Source of the DNA: Nitrososphaerota archaeon
GTDB lineage: Archaea > Thermoproteota > EX4484-205 > JAAOZP01
Reading direction: 5' to 3'
DNA: 64,000 nt
Assembly: GCA_011605725.1 (NCBI GenBank)
Contig: JAAOZP010000012.1
Coordinates: 64,001 to 128,000 of the forward strand
Within the stretch, counting starts at the first letter, position 1, and the number at the start of each line of letters is the position of its first letter. This document shows positions 19,875-29,507 of this stretch, one piece after another. The translations under genes were made by a program, and so were the position numbers. Under the pieces are notes generated by a model that did not search any database, had not been told where the DNA came from, and saw nothing but the letters and a program-made list of their open reading frames with translations.

Positions 19875-20663
19875 ATGAAAATAATGTACGAATTTATTCC
19901 TAAAGCAAACTTTTTAGATTTAGCTGAAGAAATAAAGGATTTAGTAGATGGCTTTAACATCACGGATAGTGCAGGAGGAATACCTGCCCCCAGTGCTACT
20001 GCAGTAGCCTGTGCGATTAAGATAAAATATCCTCAAAAAATAATAATCCCCATGCTAATTACTAATTATAAGGGACCTGTTGAAATTGCCGCTGCAGCAA
20101 GTGCTTGTGAAGCCTTAGATATTTATGGAATGGTGCCTGATCCGGGAGATGCTCCTAAATACGGATATCCGATAAGGACAAGAAGAGACGGAACCTGTGA
20201 AATGCTTTCCGATAAAGAGGAGATTGAAAGATTTAGACGTGCAACTGGTCCTGCAGAGGAAGTTAGAGATTTCCTTCGTAATATCGTAAAGATAAAAAAG
20301 CTAAAATTAGGCTGTCTTTTAACTAGCCGTAGACCAACTGAAGAGGCGGTTGCACGCATAAGAGATGCTTGGGATTTCTGTCTCTTCTTACGCTTAGAAA
20401 AGGCTTCTCTACCAAAGTTAAAGGAATTGGCTTTGGAGTGTAGAAATCTAGGAAAACCCATATATCCCTATTTTGTGGTCGAGACACCTAGAAATAAAAA
20501 GATTCTGGAAAGAATCGGATGGCCTTCTACAACAACCCTGGAAAAAGCAGAAGAATTTTTAGCAGAGCTTCAAGGCGTTGTAGACGGTATAATTTCAACT
20601 TGCCTTGGAGACATCGAGGCGGATAAAAAGCTGCTTGATAAACTGCAGAAATTTAGGGAATAA
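19875..20663 (+). CDS. Divergent methylenetetrahydrofolate reductase-like (MetF) protein
   Basis: N-terminal YEFIP, VDGFNITDSAGG and IIPMLIT resemble MTHFR motifs; lies upstream of fhs. Confidence 0.55.
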   Translation: MKIMYEFIPKANFLDLAEEIKDLVDGFNITDSAGGIPAPSATAVACAIKIKYPQKIIIPMLITNYKGPVEIAAAASACEALDIYGMVPDPGDAPKYGYPIRTRRDGTCEMLSDKEEIERFRRATGPAEEVRDFLRNIVKIKKLKLGCLLTSRRPTEEAVARIRDAWDFCLFLRLEKASLPKLKELALECRNLGKPIYPYFVVETPRNKKILERIGWPSTTTLEKAEEFLAELQGVVDGIISTCLGDIEADKKLLDKLQKFRE

Positions 20664-20957
20664 AAGGAGAACTTATTTCGTTTACAAGGCGCTTTGAAAG
20701 ATGAAGCCATACTATTACAATCGAGCGAATAAAAAATGCTATAATATTTAATGATTTGATATAGTATGGATACGTGAAAACAATGGTCGATAAGGCTGTT
20801 AAAACGCTTAATGCCGGATTTCCATACGTGTGGATGGAAAGGAACTTGAAGAAGACATATAGAAGTCATTAAAAGACTGATGGCGTAGGGCGTTAATAGC
20901 CTCAGAAAGCCTTAAATGTCGGCTATTTGTCATGCATGAGAAAGGAGGCGTTGAACA

Positions 20958-22694
20958 ATGCCTGTGAAAAAAAGCTGGCCTGTGCCGAGCGACATTGAAA
21001 TAGCTTATAAAGCCGAGCTTCATCCAATTAATAAGGTTGCGGAGGACATTGGGATTCTGGATGAAGAACTTGAGAATTATGGCAAGTATATAGCTAAGGT
21101 AGACTATAGGAGCATTCTAAATAGGCTGAAGAATAGGCCTCGCGGCAAATTGATCATAGTAACTGCAATCACACCTACACCCCTAGGCGAGGGGAAAACA
21201 ACTGTTTCAATAGGTTTAGGTCAAGCATTCTACGAAAGGGGTTTTAAAGTTATTAACACTCTGCGCGAACCATCGAAAGGCGTCACCTTCGGAATAAAAG
21301 GAGGTGCAACCGGCGGCGGCTACTCTCAAGCCTTACCTATGGACAGGATTAATCTTAATTTCACTGGAGACATACCAGCAGTAGAAATTGCCCATAACCT
21401 TTGTGCAGCAGCTGTAGACGCCAGCATACTTCACGGAAATCCTTTAAGCATCGACCCCTTATCAATCGAATGGCCCTATTGCATGGATGTTGAAGCTAGG
21501 GCTTTAAGACGAGCCGTCATAGGATTGGGGGGAAGGTCAAACGGCTATCCTAGAGAAGCGCGCTGGAGCATAACTGTAGCGACGGAAACAGCGGCCATTC
21601 ACGCATTGGCAACTGGGTTGGAAGACTTGAGGAAGAGGCTGGGAAGAGCCGTCGTCGCCTACACCTATGATAGGAAACCGGTAACGTGTGAAGAGCTTGG
21701 AGTAGCAGGAGCAATGGCCGCCCTGCTCGTGGAAGCCATTAAACCTAATCTAGTTCAATCTACAGAGGGTCACCCGGTTTTAATCCACGGATTCCCGTTT
21801 GCCAACATAGCACACGGAACCAACTCGATCATAGCCGATCTAGTAGCTTTGAAGCTTGCGGATTACGTTATCTGCGAAACCGGGTTTGGCTCTGAATGCG
21901 GCTTTTCAAAGTTCTGCGACATTGTATGCCGCCAGTCCCCAGAGATAAGGCCTGACTGCGCCGTCATCGTCTGCACTGTTAGAGCCCTTAAAGAACACGG
22001 TGGCGCCTTCATGCTTCGTCCAGGAATGCCCTATAAGAAAGTTAAGAGGGCTGCGGAAACAGAAAACCTCCAGGCGGTTGAAAAAGGTTGTGAGAATTTA
22101 GCTAAACACATAGAAATAGTCCATAAATACGGTATTCCAGCCGTAGTAGCCATTAACAGGTTTATCACAGACAGCGAGAGGGAGATAAGGCTTGTGTGCG
22201 AAAAAGCCGTCGAGGCTGGTGCTGATGAGGTTGCAGTTGTAGACCCCTGGTCTAAAGGAGGAGAGGGCTGCCAAGAACTTGTTGACAAGGTTCTCGAAGT
22301 AATGAAGAAGCCTCGTGAACTGAAGTTTCTTTACCCCGATAAAGCCACCATCAAGGAGAAGATAGAGAAAATAGCTACTGAGCTCTATGGAGCCGGCGAC
22401 GTGAAATATTCTCCTGAAGCAGAGGAAAAGATAGAGTTTTACACCAGCCTAGGGTACGATGGGCTTCCGGTAAACATGGCTAAAACACCCCTCTCCCTTT
22501 CGCACGACCCTCTCTTGAAAAACGTGCCTAAGAACTATACGTTTCCAGTCAACGATATTTTCGTCTTCGTTGGAGCCGGCTTCCTCATACCGATATGCGG
22601 CGAAATACAGCTTATGCCCGGCCTCCCGAGAAAACCGGCTTTCCTAGGAATTGACGTGGACACGGAAACTGGAAGGATAAGAGGCCTCTTCTAA
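20958..22694 (+). CDS. fhs: Formate--tetrahydrofolate ligase
   Basis: TAITPTPLGEGKTT, LREPS.G..FGIKGGATGGGYSQ, PFANIAHG, MAKTPLSLS, MPGLP, GLF C-terminus. Confidence 0.96.
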   Translation: MPVKKSWPVPSDIEIAYKAELHPINKVAEDIGILDEELENYGKYIAKVDYRSILNRLKNRPRGKLIIVTAITPTPLGEGKTTVSIGLGQAFYERGFKVINTLREPSKGVTFGIKGGATGGGYSQALPMDRINLNFTGDIPAVEIAHNLCAAAVDASILHGNPLSIDPLSIEWPYCMDVEARALRRAVIGLGGRSNGYPREARWSITVATETAAIHALATGLEDLRKRLGRAVVAYTYDRKPVTCEELGVAGAMAALLVEAIKPNLVQSTEGHPVLIHGFPFANIAHGTNSIIADLVALKLADYVICETGFGSECGFSKFCDIVCRQSPEIRPDCAVIVCTVRALKEHGGAFMLRPGMPYKKVKRAAETENLQAVEKGCENLAKHIEIVHKYGIPAVVAINRFITDSEREIRLVCEKAVEAGADEVAVVDPWSKGGEGCQELVDKVLEVMKKPRELKFLYPDKATIKEKIEKIATELYGAGDVKYSPEAEEKIEFYTSLGYDGLPVNMAKTPLSLSHDPLLKNVPKNYTFPVNDIFVFVGAGFLIPICGEIQLMPGLPRKPAFLGIDVDTETGRIRGLF

Positions 22695-22884
22695 GCGCAC
22701 CGGTATCTGCTCACTGTTCTTCAAAATATTCTGAGCTGCTATGGTGAAGCGTCTGGAGAGAACTGTGTAGAAAGTAACACTCTTAGACAGGGAGACTGCT
22801 TAAACAACTGCTGCGAGAACAGTCTCCCCTAACCATTATAGGGTGAAGCTTTACGAACCTTCTAAAAGTATAAAAAGGGGATAG

Positions 22885-23808
22885 GTGAAATGGATGAGGA
22901 TGTTCAGGTTTAAGCAGGAACAGAAAATTTTTGATATTGCCGGCGTGAAGATTGGCGGCCAGCCTGGTCAACTACCTACTGTCATGATGGGAAGCATATT
23001 CTACAGTAAACAGAAAATATTTGAGGATGAGAAGGCGGGAGTATTCTCTAAAGAGAAGGCTGAAGACTTACTGAATAAGGAGAGGGAGATATCGGACAAA
23101 ACCGGTAATCCGAGGATTGTAGACGTATGCTGCACATGGCCCCAGGCTTTTGGAAAACTCATCGAGTTCGTGGCTGACAAGATCGATGGGCCCCTAGCTA
23201 TAGATGGAACCACTGAGGAGGCGAGGATTGCTGGAGCCAAGTATGTCGGCGAAGTCGGGTTGTCTGAACGCGTCGTATACAACTCGATAATGCCGCATAT
23301 TAAAGAGGTGGAGATAAACGCGATTAGGGAGGCGAGGATCAAATCCGCCGTCTTACTTACATATAACGCTAAAAACCCTACGATAACAGGAAGGATGCAG
23401 GTGCTTGACGAGCTTTTAGCATTAGCCTCGAAAGCGGGAGTTGAGAAAACACTGGTGGATACGACTGTCCTCGACATCCCTGATCCAGGACCAGTCAGCA
23501 AAGCCGTATACTTGGTGAAGGAGAAATACGGGTTGCCAGCTGGAGCGGGAACGCATAACGCAGTCCAGAGGTGGAACAAGATGCGTAGAATGGATAAAAC
23601 ACTTTTCTCAATCGCAAGCAGCGTAGCCGACGTGCTTCCAATATTCATGGGGGCGAACTTTGTAATATACGGGCCGATAGATAATGCCTCAAACGCGTAT
23701 TTCCACTGTGCACTGGCTGACGCTTACGTAGCCTATAGCGTGCGGCAGGAGTTTGGAACAAGACCGTTAACCAGTAACCATCCATTGTTCAAAATATTCA
23801 AAACATAG
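22885..23808 (+). CDS. MtrH/MtgA-family methyltransferase (probably methylcobamide:THF)
   Basis: MFRFKQEQKIFDIAGVKIGGQPG.LPTV..GSIFY, YNSI, G.G.HNA, GANF..YGPI.NA. No mtrA-G in the window. The start may be the ATG at 22900. Confidence 0.85.
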   Translation: MKWMRMFRFKQEQKIFDIAGVKIGGQPGQLPTVMMGSIFYSKQKIFEDEKAGVFSKEKAEDLLNKEREISDKTGNPRIVDVCCTWPQAFGKLIEFVADKIDGPLAIDGTTEEARIAGAKYVGEVGLSERVVYNSIMPHIKEVEINAIREARIKSAVLLTYNAKNPTITGRMQVLDELLALASKAGVEKTLVDTTVLDIPDPGPVSKAVYLVKEKYGLPAGAGTHNAVQRWNKMRRMDKTLFSIASSVADVLPIFMGANFVIYGPIDNASNAYFHCALADAYVAYSVRQEFGTRPLTSNHPLFKIFKT

Positions 23809-23852
23809 AGGTACGAGCAGTATAGACTCTTTAATTTGATTTTCATCCCCGT

Positions 23853-24461
23853 TTAACGAAGTATCCTAACCTTCCCATGCTCGACTACGATTCTTCCTTC
23901 CTCGAAGAGACGGATACCCTCAACTAAGGCTTCACCCTCAGCCTCTTGAACCCTCTTCTTCAAAGTCTCCTCATCATCATCCTCCCTGACTTCAACAGCC
24001 TTCTGTATTATTATTGGCCCAGCATCCATCTTCTCGTCAACAAAGTGGAGAGTACAACCTGTAATCTTCACACCGGATTTAAGCACCGCACGGTGTACGT
24101 TCAGGTCCCATCCTGGAAAGGCTGGGAGAAGCGAGGGATGAATGTTCATAATCCTATTCCTAAACTTTTCCACAAACTTGGAGCTCAGGATCCTGTTGTA
24201 ACCTATGAGCAGAACTAGGTCAACCCTCCTACGCTCAAGCTCTGAAGCGACCTGCATATCGTAATCCACGGGATCCTTACCCTTAGGGTCTATGAATATT
24301 GCTTCTATACCGTTCCGTCTCGCCCTCTCCAGTGCATACGCGTCCTTCCTATTGCTTATGAGGCAGACTATTTCAGCATTCAACTTCTTGTTTCTAATCG
24401 CCTCTAGAATGGGTTCCATGACGGTGGCACGGGTTGATGCAAGCACCCCTATTCTCAGCAT
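23853..24461 (-). CDS. purN: Phosphoribosylglycinamide formyltransferase
   Basis: MNIHPSLLPAFPG, GVKITGCTLHFVDE..DAGPII.Q. Confidence 0.92.
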   Translation of the reverse strand: MLRIGVLASTRATVMEPILEAIRNKKLNAEIVCLISNRKDAYALERARRNGIEAIFIDPKGKDPVDYDMQVASELERRRVDLVLLIGYNRILSSKFVEKFRNRIMNIHPSLLPAFPGWDLNVHRAVLKSGVKITGCTLHFVDEKMDAGPIIIQKAVEVREDDDEETLKKRVQEAEGEALVEGIRLFEEGRIVVEHGKVRILR

Positions 24462-24467
24462 TTCAGA

Positions 24468-25301
24468 CTACGAGACCTCTGAGGCACATTCCACCAGATT
24501 GCGTATTATGGTTGCAACCGTCACCGGACCCACTCCACCTGGAACCGGGGTTATCGCAGACGCTTTTTGAGAGACGCTTTGAAAATCAACATCCCCAACG
24601 AGAGTGCCTTCAACGAAGCTGGTTCCAGCATCGATTACTACAGCGCCTTCAGCAACCATCTCGTCTGTTATGAGCCTTGGGACACCGGTTGCGGAGATTA
24701 AAACATCTGCCTTCAAAGTCTTCTCGCTCAAGTTTTTAGTCTTGACATGGCAAACAGTGACTGTTGCCATTCGCGAAGTTAGCATTGCGAACAATGGTCT
24801 TCCGACGAGAATACTGTTGTTCACAATAACAACGTCAGCACCCTCTACGTTAATTCCATACCACTCCAAAATCCTGATCACAGCGTTCGCCGTCGCCGTG
24901 GGCCTGGCCTCCCGACCAGATAACAATCTTCCCAGATTTATCGGATGCAGACCGTCAACATCCTTCTTAACGTCTAAGGCTTCTAATACGTTTAGGGTTG
25001 ACACGTTTTTCGGAAGCGGTAGTTGGACCACTATTCCATGAACACCCGTATCCTCGTTCAACTTCTTTATGAGTGAAATGAGCTCGGCCTCGGAAGGATT
25101 GTTAAGCTCATGCACCACTGCTTTCCCCCCTACAGAGTTGCAGGCTTTAGCCTTCATCTTAACGAAAGAATCTTGGGCCTTTGAGTCCGAGGCCTTTATA
25201 ATGTGTAGTGACGGCGTGAAACCCAGTTTCTCAATCCTTGTCTTAGCCTCAGCCAGCATCGCTTCAGCCACTGGCTTGCCGCTCAATATCTTACCCGCCA
25301 T
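24468..25301 (-). CDS. folD: Methylene-THF dehydrogenase / methenyl-THF cyclohydrolase
   Basis: HGIVVQLPLP, KDVDG.HP.N.G, GDVDF, TPVPGGVGPVT. Confidence 0.95.
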   Translation of the reverse strand: MAGKILSGKPVAEAMLAEAKTRIEKLGFTPSLHIIKASDSKAQDSFVKMKAKACNSVGGKAVVHELNNPSEAELISLIKKLNEDTGVHGIVVQLPLPKNVSTLNVLEALDVKKDVDGLHPINLGRLLSGREARPTATANAVIRILEWYGINVEGADVVIVNNSILVGRPLFAMLTSRMATVTVCHVKTKNLSEKTLKADVLISATGVPRLITDEMVAEGAVVIDAGTSFVEGTLVGDVDFQSVSQKASAITPVPGGVGPVTVATIIRNLVECASEVS

Positions 25302-25487
25302 TGGGAATCACCTTGGCTCATTGTAAACCGTAAATCCCGGCACAAGACCTCTTAAAACAGCGCGCACTCCACGTGCTCTGCTGAGTCTTGCTCTCCAACC
25401 CTGGGGGTTACGCCCAACCCTAGTTTCAGCCTCATCAACCTTAACCAGTTCCCCGATCAAACGAAGCATCGTGTCCTTCTTCAGACA

Positions 25488-25509
25488 GAAGCATCCTTAT
25501 AAATGCTTC
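25488..25509 (-). promoter_or_regulatory. TATA box (TTTATAAG, minus strand) flanked by the inverted repeat GAAGCAT-N8-ATGCTTC; candidate operator for folD-purN
   Basis: Read directly; a third GAAGCAT copy lies at 25463-25469. Confidence 0.5.
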
Positions 25510-25646
25510 GATCCCGTTGCCCTCATCATCCGAAATTTTAATGAACCGTTTTTCAAGTTCAAATCCAGAATGAGCATGCGCCTTTAAAGCATAGATTCCT
25601 ATTATTCATGAAATGTTTTTATAGGGAACTTCTTTTGCAGTTGAGA

Positions 25647-26996
25647 ATGAATAAAGGATCCGGCAACGCTAAGAATGAATTCAGGAAACTAGCAAGGGAA
25701 AGGATCTTAGCAATGCCTGATCAGCAGAGGAGGGAGAAGAGCTCAAGGGTGGTCTCGAATCTTAAAAGTCTAGAGGAGTTTTCGAGAGCGAAGTGCGTCA
25801 TGGTTTACGTTTCTAAAGAGGATGAAGTTGACACGATCAGGCTCATTACTGATATGTTGAAATCAGGTAAAAGAGTTGTGGTGCCCCTTGTTGATGAAGG
25901 AAGCGGGGAGCTGGTTCCATGCGAGATATCAGCTCTCGAAGAGCTGGTTGCCGGAACATTCGGCGTGATGGAGCCGGATCAGAAGAACATGAGAATCGTT
26001 AGCATGGATGAAATAGACCTTGTGGTGGTTCCTGGAAGAGCTTTCGACAGAAATTGCAACAGGCTTGGCAGAGGAAAGGGTTATTTCGACAGGTTTTTAA
26101 AGAGGTTTGGTAAAGGGAAGAAGGTAATTGGTTTAGCCTTTTCTGAACAGGTTTTCGAAAAAATACCGGTTGACGAGAACGATGTGAAGGTTGACATCGT
26201 GGTTACTGAATCCAGCATTATACGGCGCGACTCAGGAGAAACGAGAACAAGCATAAATAGAAAAAAGTTCGACGTACATAAGCTTGCTACCACCTCCCTG
26301 TTCACAGCGCTCTTCATCGTGCTAAGGGCAATCCCAGCATTCCCTATCATAGGTGTACCTGGAGGAAGCTTCCCGGTTTCAGATGCCATTCAGCCGCTTT
26401 ACGGCGTCTTGCTAGACCCAGTTCACGGTGCAACCGTAATCCTCCTTGGGACAATTCTCGGTTTCTCAATAAAGCCTCCTAGGTTCCTCTATCTAGACTT
26501 CCTACCACCGCTCGTCAACACTTTGACTGTGAGTTTACTCTGGAGGGGGAAAACATGGTTAGCACTCCTTATTTATTTTTCCGTATTAACCGCTTTCATG
26601 ACAAGCCCGTTTAGCCTACTCCTTCTACGCCTCAACCTTTTTGGCTTAGAGGTGGAACTGCCGTTTCACTGGCTGCACCTAACCGCAATACCCCTATCTC
26701 TGATTCTCATCAGACTTAGCAGTTTTAAGCTTAAGGTTGATCGAATTGTATTGAAGTTTTCAGGATGCGCCCTACTCGGAACCATGGCGCAACACTCTAT
26801 GGGTAGTTCTCTTTTCGAATACGTGTACGGCTTAACCGGAATGATAAACAGAGAAGGGTTTGAAAAAATCTGGTATATGGTCTTCTGGATATATCCCATA
26901 GAGAGGATGCTTCTAGTCCTAGCCAGCACGCTGGTTGGAGTACCTGCTACACGAGTATTGACCAAGATAATATGGAGGTCTCAGAATCCATCGTAA
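25647..26996 (+). CDS. 5-formyl-THF cyclo-ligase fused to an ECF S-component-like membrane domain
   Basis: N-terminal KNEFRK..R, EVDT, FGVMEP, VVVPG.AFD....RLGRGKGYFDRFL, DVKVD.VVTE. The C-terminal ~230 aa has about 6 TM helices starting KLATTSLFTALFIVL. Start taken at MNKGS. Confidence 0.8.
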   Translation: MNKGSGNAKNEFRKLARERILAMPDQQRREKSSRVVSNLKSLEEFSRAKCVMVYVSKEDEVDTIRLITDMLKSGKRVVVPLVDEGSGELVPCEISALEELVAGTFGVMEPDQKNMRIVSMDEIDLVVVPGRAFDRNCNRLGRGKGYFDRFLKRFGKGKKVIGLAFSEQVFEKIPVDENDVKVDIVVTESSIIRRDSGETRTSINRKKFDVHKLATTSLFTALFIVLRAIPAFPIIGVPGGSFPVSDAIQPLYGVLLDPVHGATVILLGTILGFSIKPPRFLYLDFLPPLVNTLTVSLLWRGKTWLALLIYFSVLTAFMTSPFSLLLLRLNLFGLEVELPFHWLHLTAIPLSLILIRLSSFKLKVDRIVLKFSGCALLGTMAQHSMGSSLFEYVYGLTGMINREGFEKIWYMVFWIYPIERMLLVLASTLVGVPATRVLTKIIWRSQNPS

Positions 26997-28309
26997 GGCT
27001 CACCTGACCATATTGGTCTTGCTTCCCCAACGGTGAAAACCGAGCCCGTAACCAGTATTCTACCTTCTTCCCCAGCACGCGATAATGCTAGAGCCACTGC
27101 CTCTCTAACAGTCGGCTCAGAACAGTATTTAGCATTCATACTCTTCAAAACATCTGCCATGCTCTCAATCGGAAGAGCTCTTCCCATGACGCCATGCTGA
27201 GTCAGGATGAACTCGTCCGTGATCCTTGCGACAGACCTGAGAATCTTATCATACTCTTTATCTGAAGAAATACTAACAACTGTTTTAAACCTGGCTCCCG
27301 GCAACATCTCCTCTATGCTCGAAGCTAATGCTTCAGCAGCCGCCGGATCCTTTGCACAATCCAATATGACTAAAGGGTGTTTGCTAATGGGCTCCAGCCT
27401 CCCTGGCCAAACAACGTTAGCAAGACCCCTTCTCACGGCTTCCTCATTGAAGTTTGATTCACCCCTTAGCTCTGAGAACTTCAGATAGCTAGCTATGGCC
27501 GTCGACACGTTTACTGCCTGAAAACTCCCCCTGAGCGAAACCTTAAGGTTCTCTAACAGTGTTCCCGCAAGTTCAACATTCAAAGTTATCCCGGTCAAGT
27601 CAGACTTTAAAACCCTGTGCTTAACATCCCTAGGTACTAAGGTGAGCTCTGAGCCCAATTCCCTGCAGCGTTCCTCCACGACCTTAAGCGCTGGGCCTGA
27701 ACAAGCCGATACAGTTGGGCGTCCACGCCTTATTATGCCTGCTTTCTCAAAAGCTATTTTCTCAACAGTATCACCCAGGTGCTTCATATGCTCTAAAGAA
27801 ACATTGGTTATGACTGAGAGCACTGGGTCACACGCGTTTGTCGCATCAAGCCTGCCTCCCATACCAACCTCGACGACAGCTACATCAACATGCTTCATCG
27901 AGAAATATTTATACGCCATGGAGACGTTGCACTCGAAAAAAGTTGGGAAACGTCCTAACCTTTGCGAAACTTTTTCACCAGCCTTTTTAACCTCCTCATA
28001 GGTCTCCACGACTTCTCTCCTAGTTATTTCCCGGCCATCTACAACTATTCTCTCTGTGAACCGGCAGAGGTGCGGCTTCGTGAACGTTCCAACCTTAAGA
28101 CCTTCCTCGCGTAGGATTGAGCTGATCATGCTGACGGTAGAGCCCTTCCCATTAGTACCTCCTACTAGGATTACAGGATAATCCTGCTCCGGGTTTCCAA
28201 GCTCGTTTAAAAGCCCCTTAACGACGTCCAAGCCTAGTTTTATCCCCCTCAGCTCATAGAGCTCCTTTAGAACCCGCAGGTACTCAAGGTCATCGGTCCA
28301 AGCGCTCAA
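26981..28309 (-). CDS. folC: Folylpolyglutamate synthase / dihydrofolate synthase
   Basis: GTNGKGST, FTKPHL..FTERI, EVGMGGRLDATN, EKAGII, WPGRLE, TGS.F.VGE. Confidence 0.93.
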   Translation of the reverse strand: MSAWTDDLEYLRVLKELYELRGIKLGLDVVKGLLNELGNPEQDYPVILVGGTNGKGSTVSMISSILREEGLKVGTFTKPHLCRFTERIVVDGREITRREVVETYEEVKKAGEKVSQRLGRFPTFFECNVSMAYKYFSMKHVDVAVVEVGMGGRLDATNACDPVLSVITNVSLEHMKHLGDTVEKIAFEKAGIIRRGRPTVSACSGPALKVVEERCRELGSELTLVPRDVKHRVLKSDLTGITLNVELAGTLLENLKVSLRGSFQAVNVSTAIASYLKFSELRGESNFNEEAVRRGLANVVWPGRLEPISKHPLVILDCAKDPAAAEALASSIEEMLPGARFKTVVSISSDKEYDKILRSVARITDEFILTQHGVMGRALPIESMADVLKSMNAKYCSEPTVREAVALALSRAGEEGRILVTGSVFTVGEARPIWSGEPYDGF

Positions 28310-28595
28310 TTATTGGAACACCCCCTTCAGCGCACCGAGGGAAACGCATCCTCACCATCATTTCGTATCGTTGGAAATCGCCTTGTTTAAATGTCTTACT
28401 GAGATGTGTTGAACATTGAAAATATGCTGGTTTCATCATTCCCCGCTGGATGGAAGCACGGCTTAAGCCAGGATGAGCTTTGAACAATTCTAAAAGAGTA
28501 AACCGTTCACTATTTCGCGGTGAGCAACCGGCATGTGCCGGTGAAGAAGCATCTGATGAAAATCTTTAAAAAAGCAGGATGAGGAAGGGTTCATC

Positions 28596-29453
28596 ATGGA
28601 GTATAGAGTTCTAGGCAGAACAGGCTTCAAGGTAAGCATTCTCGCAATAGGGGGCTGCGGCCCTGGGATGGCTCCGAACACGGAGGAGGGTGTTAAGGCG
28701 TTTGAAAACGCTGTTGAGAACGGTCTTAACATGGTTGACGTAGCACCAAGCTACGGAGACGCGGAGACCAGGCTTGGGCAAGTAATAAGGAGGAACCGTA
28801 GCAGGCTGGTCATAACAGAGAAAACGCTTGAGAGAACCAGGGAGGGTGCATGGAGGGAACTGCGGCAAACCCTGTCTCGTTTCAACGTTGAAAACCTAGA
28901 TGTATACCAGTTTCACGCAGTCAGCACGCTGGAGGAGCTTGAAAAGATTTTCAGCGAAGACGGTGCTATGAAAGCTTTCCTAGAGGCCCGTGAACAGGGA
29001 TTAATAAGGTACATAGGGATAACAGCCCATTCCGACATGAGGATTGTCGTTAAAGCCCTTGAAAAATTCGACTTCGACACCGTGCTGATACCCGTAAACG
29101 TTGGAAGCATGATTGCCCCTGCTCCGGAGAACGGTTTCAACCCGGTTTTAAAAATCGCGAGGGATAGGGATATAGGGGTTATCGCTATAAAGGCGGTTTC
29201 AAAAGGAAGGTGGACCGGCGAGAGGAAATACCAGACATGGTACGAACCCATGGATGAGCAGGAGGATATTGACAAGGCTGTTTGGTTCACGCTTTCCCAA
29301 GAGCCGGTTTCAACCTACTCCATGGCATGCGACGTAAGGCTTTGGCCGAAGATAATAAGCGCGGGCAAAAGGTTTAGAAGACTCTCTGGAGAAGAGCAGG
29401 AAGCAGTTGTAAACTATTTCAAGGCTAAGGGAGTGAAGCCTCTTTTCCCATAG
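28596..29453 (+). CDS. Aldo/keto reductase
   Basis: YRVLGRTG.KVS, DVAPSYGDAE, TEKT, DVYQFH, IRYIGIT.H. Confidence 0.9.
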   Translation: MEYRVLGRTGFKVSILAIGGCGPGMAPNTEEGVKAFENAVENGLNMVDVAPSYGDAETRLGQVIRRNRSRLVITEKTLERTREGAWRELRQTLSRFNVENLDVYQFHAVSTLEELEKIFSEDGAMKAFLEAREQGLIRYIGITAHSDMRIVVKALEKFDFDTVLIPVNVGSMIAPAPENGFNPVLKIARDRDIGVIAIKAVSKGRWTGERKYQTWYEPMDEQEDIDKAVWFTLSQEPVSTYSMACDVRLWPKIISAGKRFRRLSGEEQEAVVNYFKAKGVKPLFP

Positions 29454-29507
29454 GGTTTAGCAAGCCAGCACCGCGAACAGCCTTAACCTATCTGCCTTAT
29501 TTTCAAG

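Noticed and set aside
23001-23648. Long antisense or alternate-frame ORFs (also 4004-4579, 11114-11671, 24604-25041 and others)
   Set aside because: They are shadows of well-supported genes and have no recognisable motifs.
22885-23808. Evidence of methanogenesis from the MtrH homolog
   Set aside because: No other mtr/mcr genes, and the context is entirely folate-based.
25395-25440. Hammerhead-like or C/D-box-like UUGAUGAGGCUGAAAC on the minus strand
   Set aside because: No stem I partner, stem II essentially absent, and C/D spacing is wrong.
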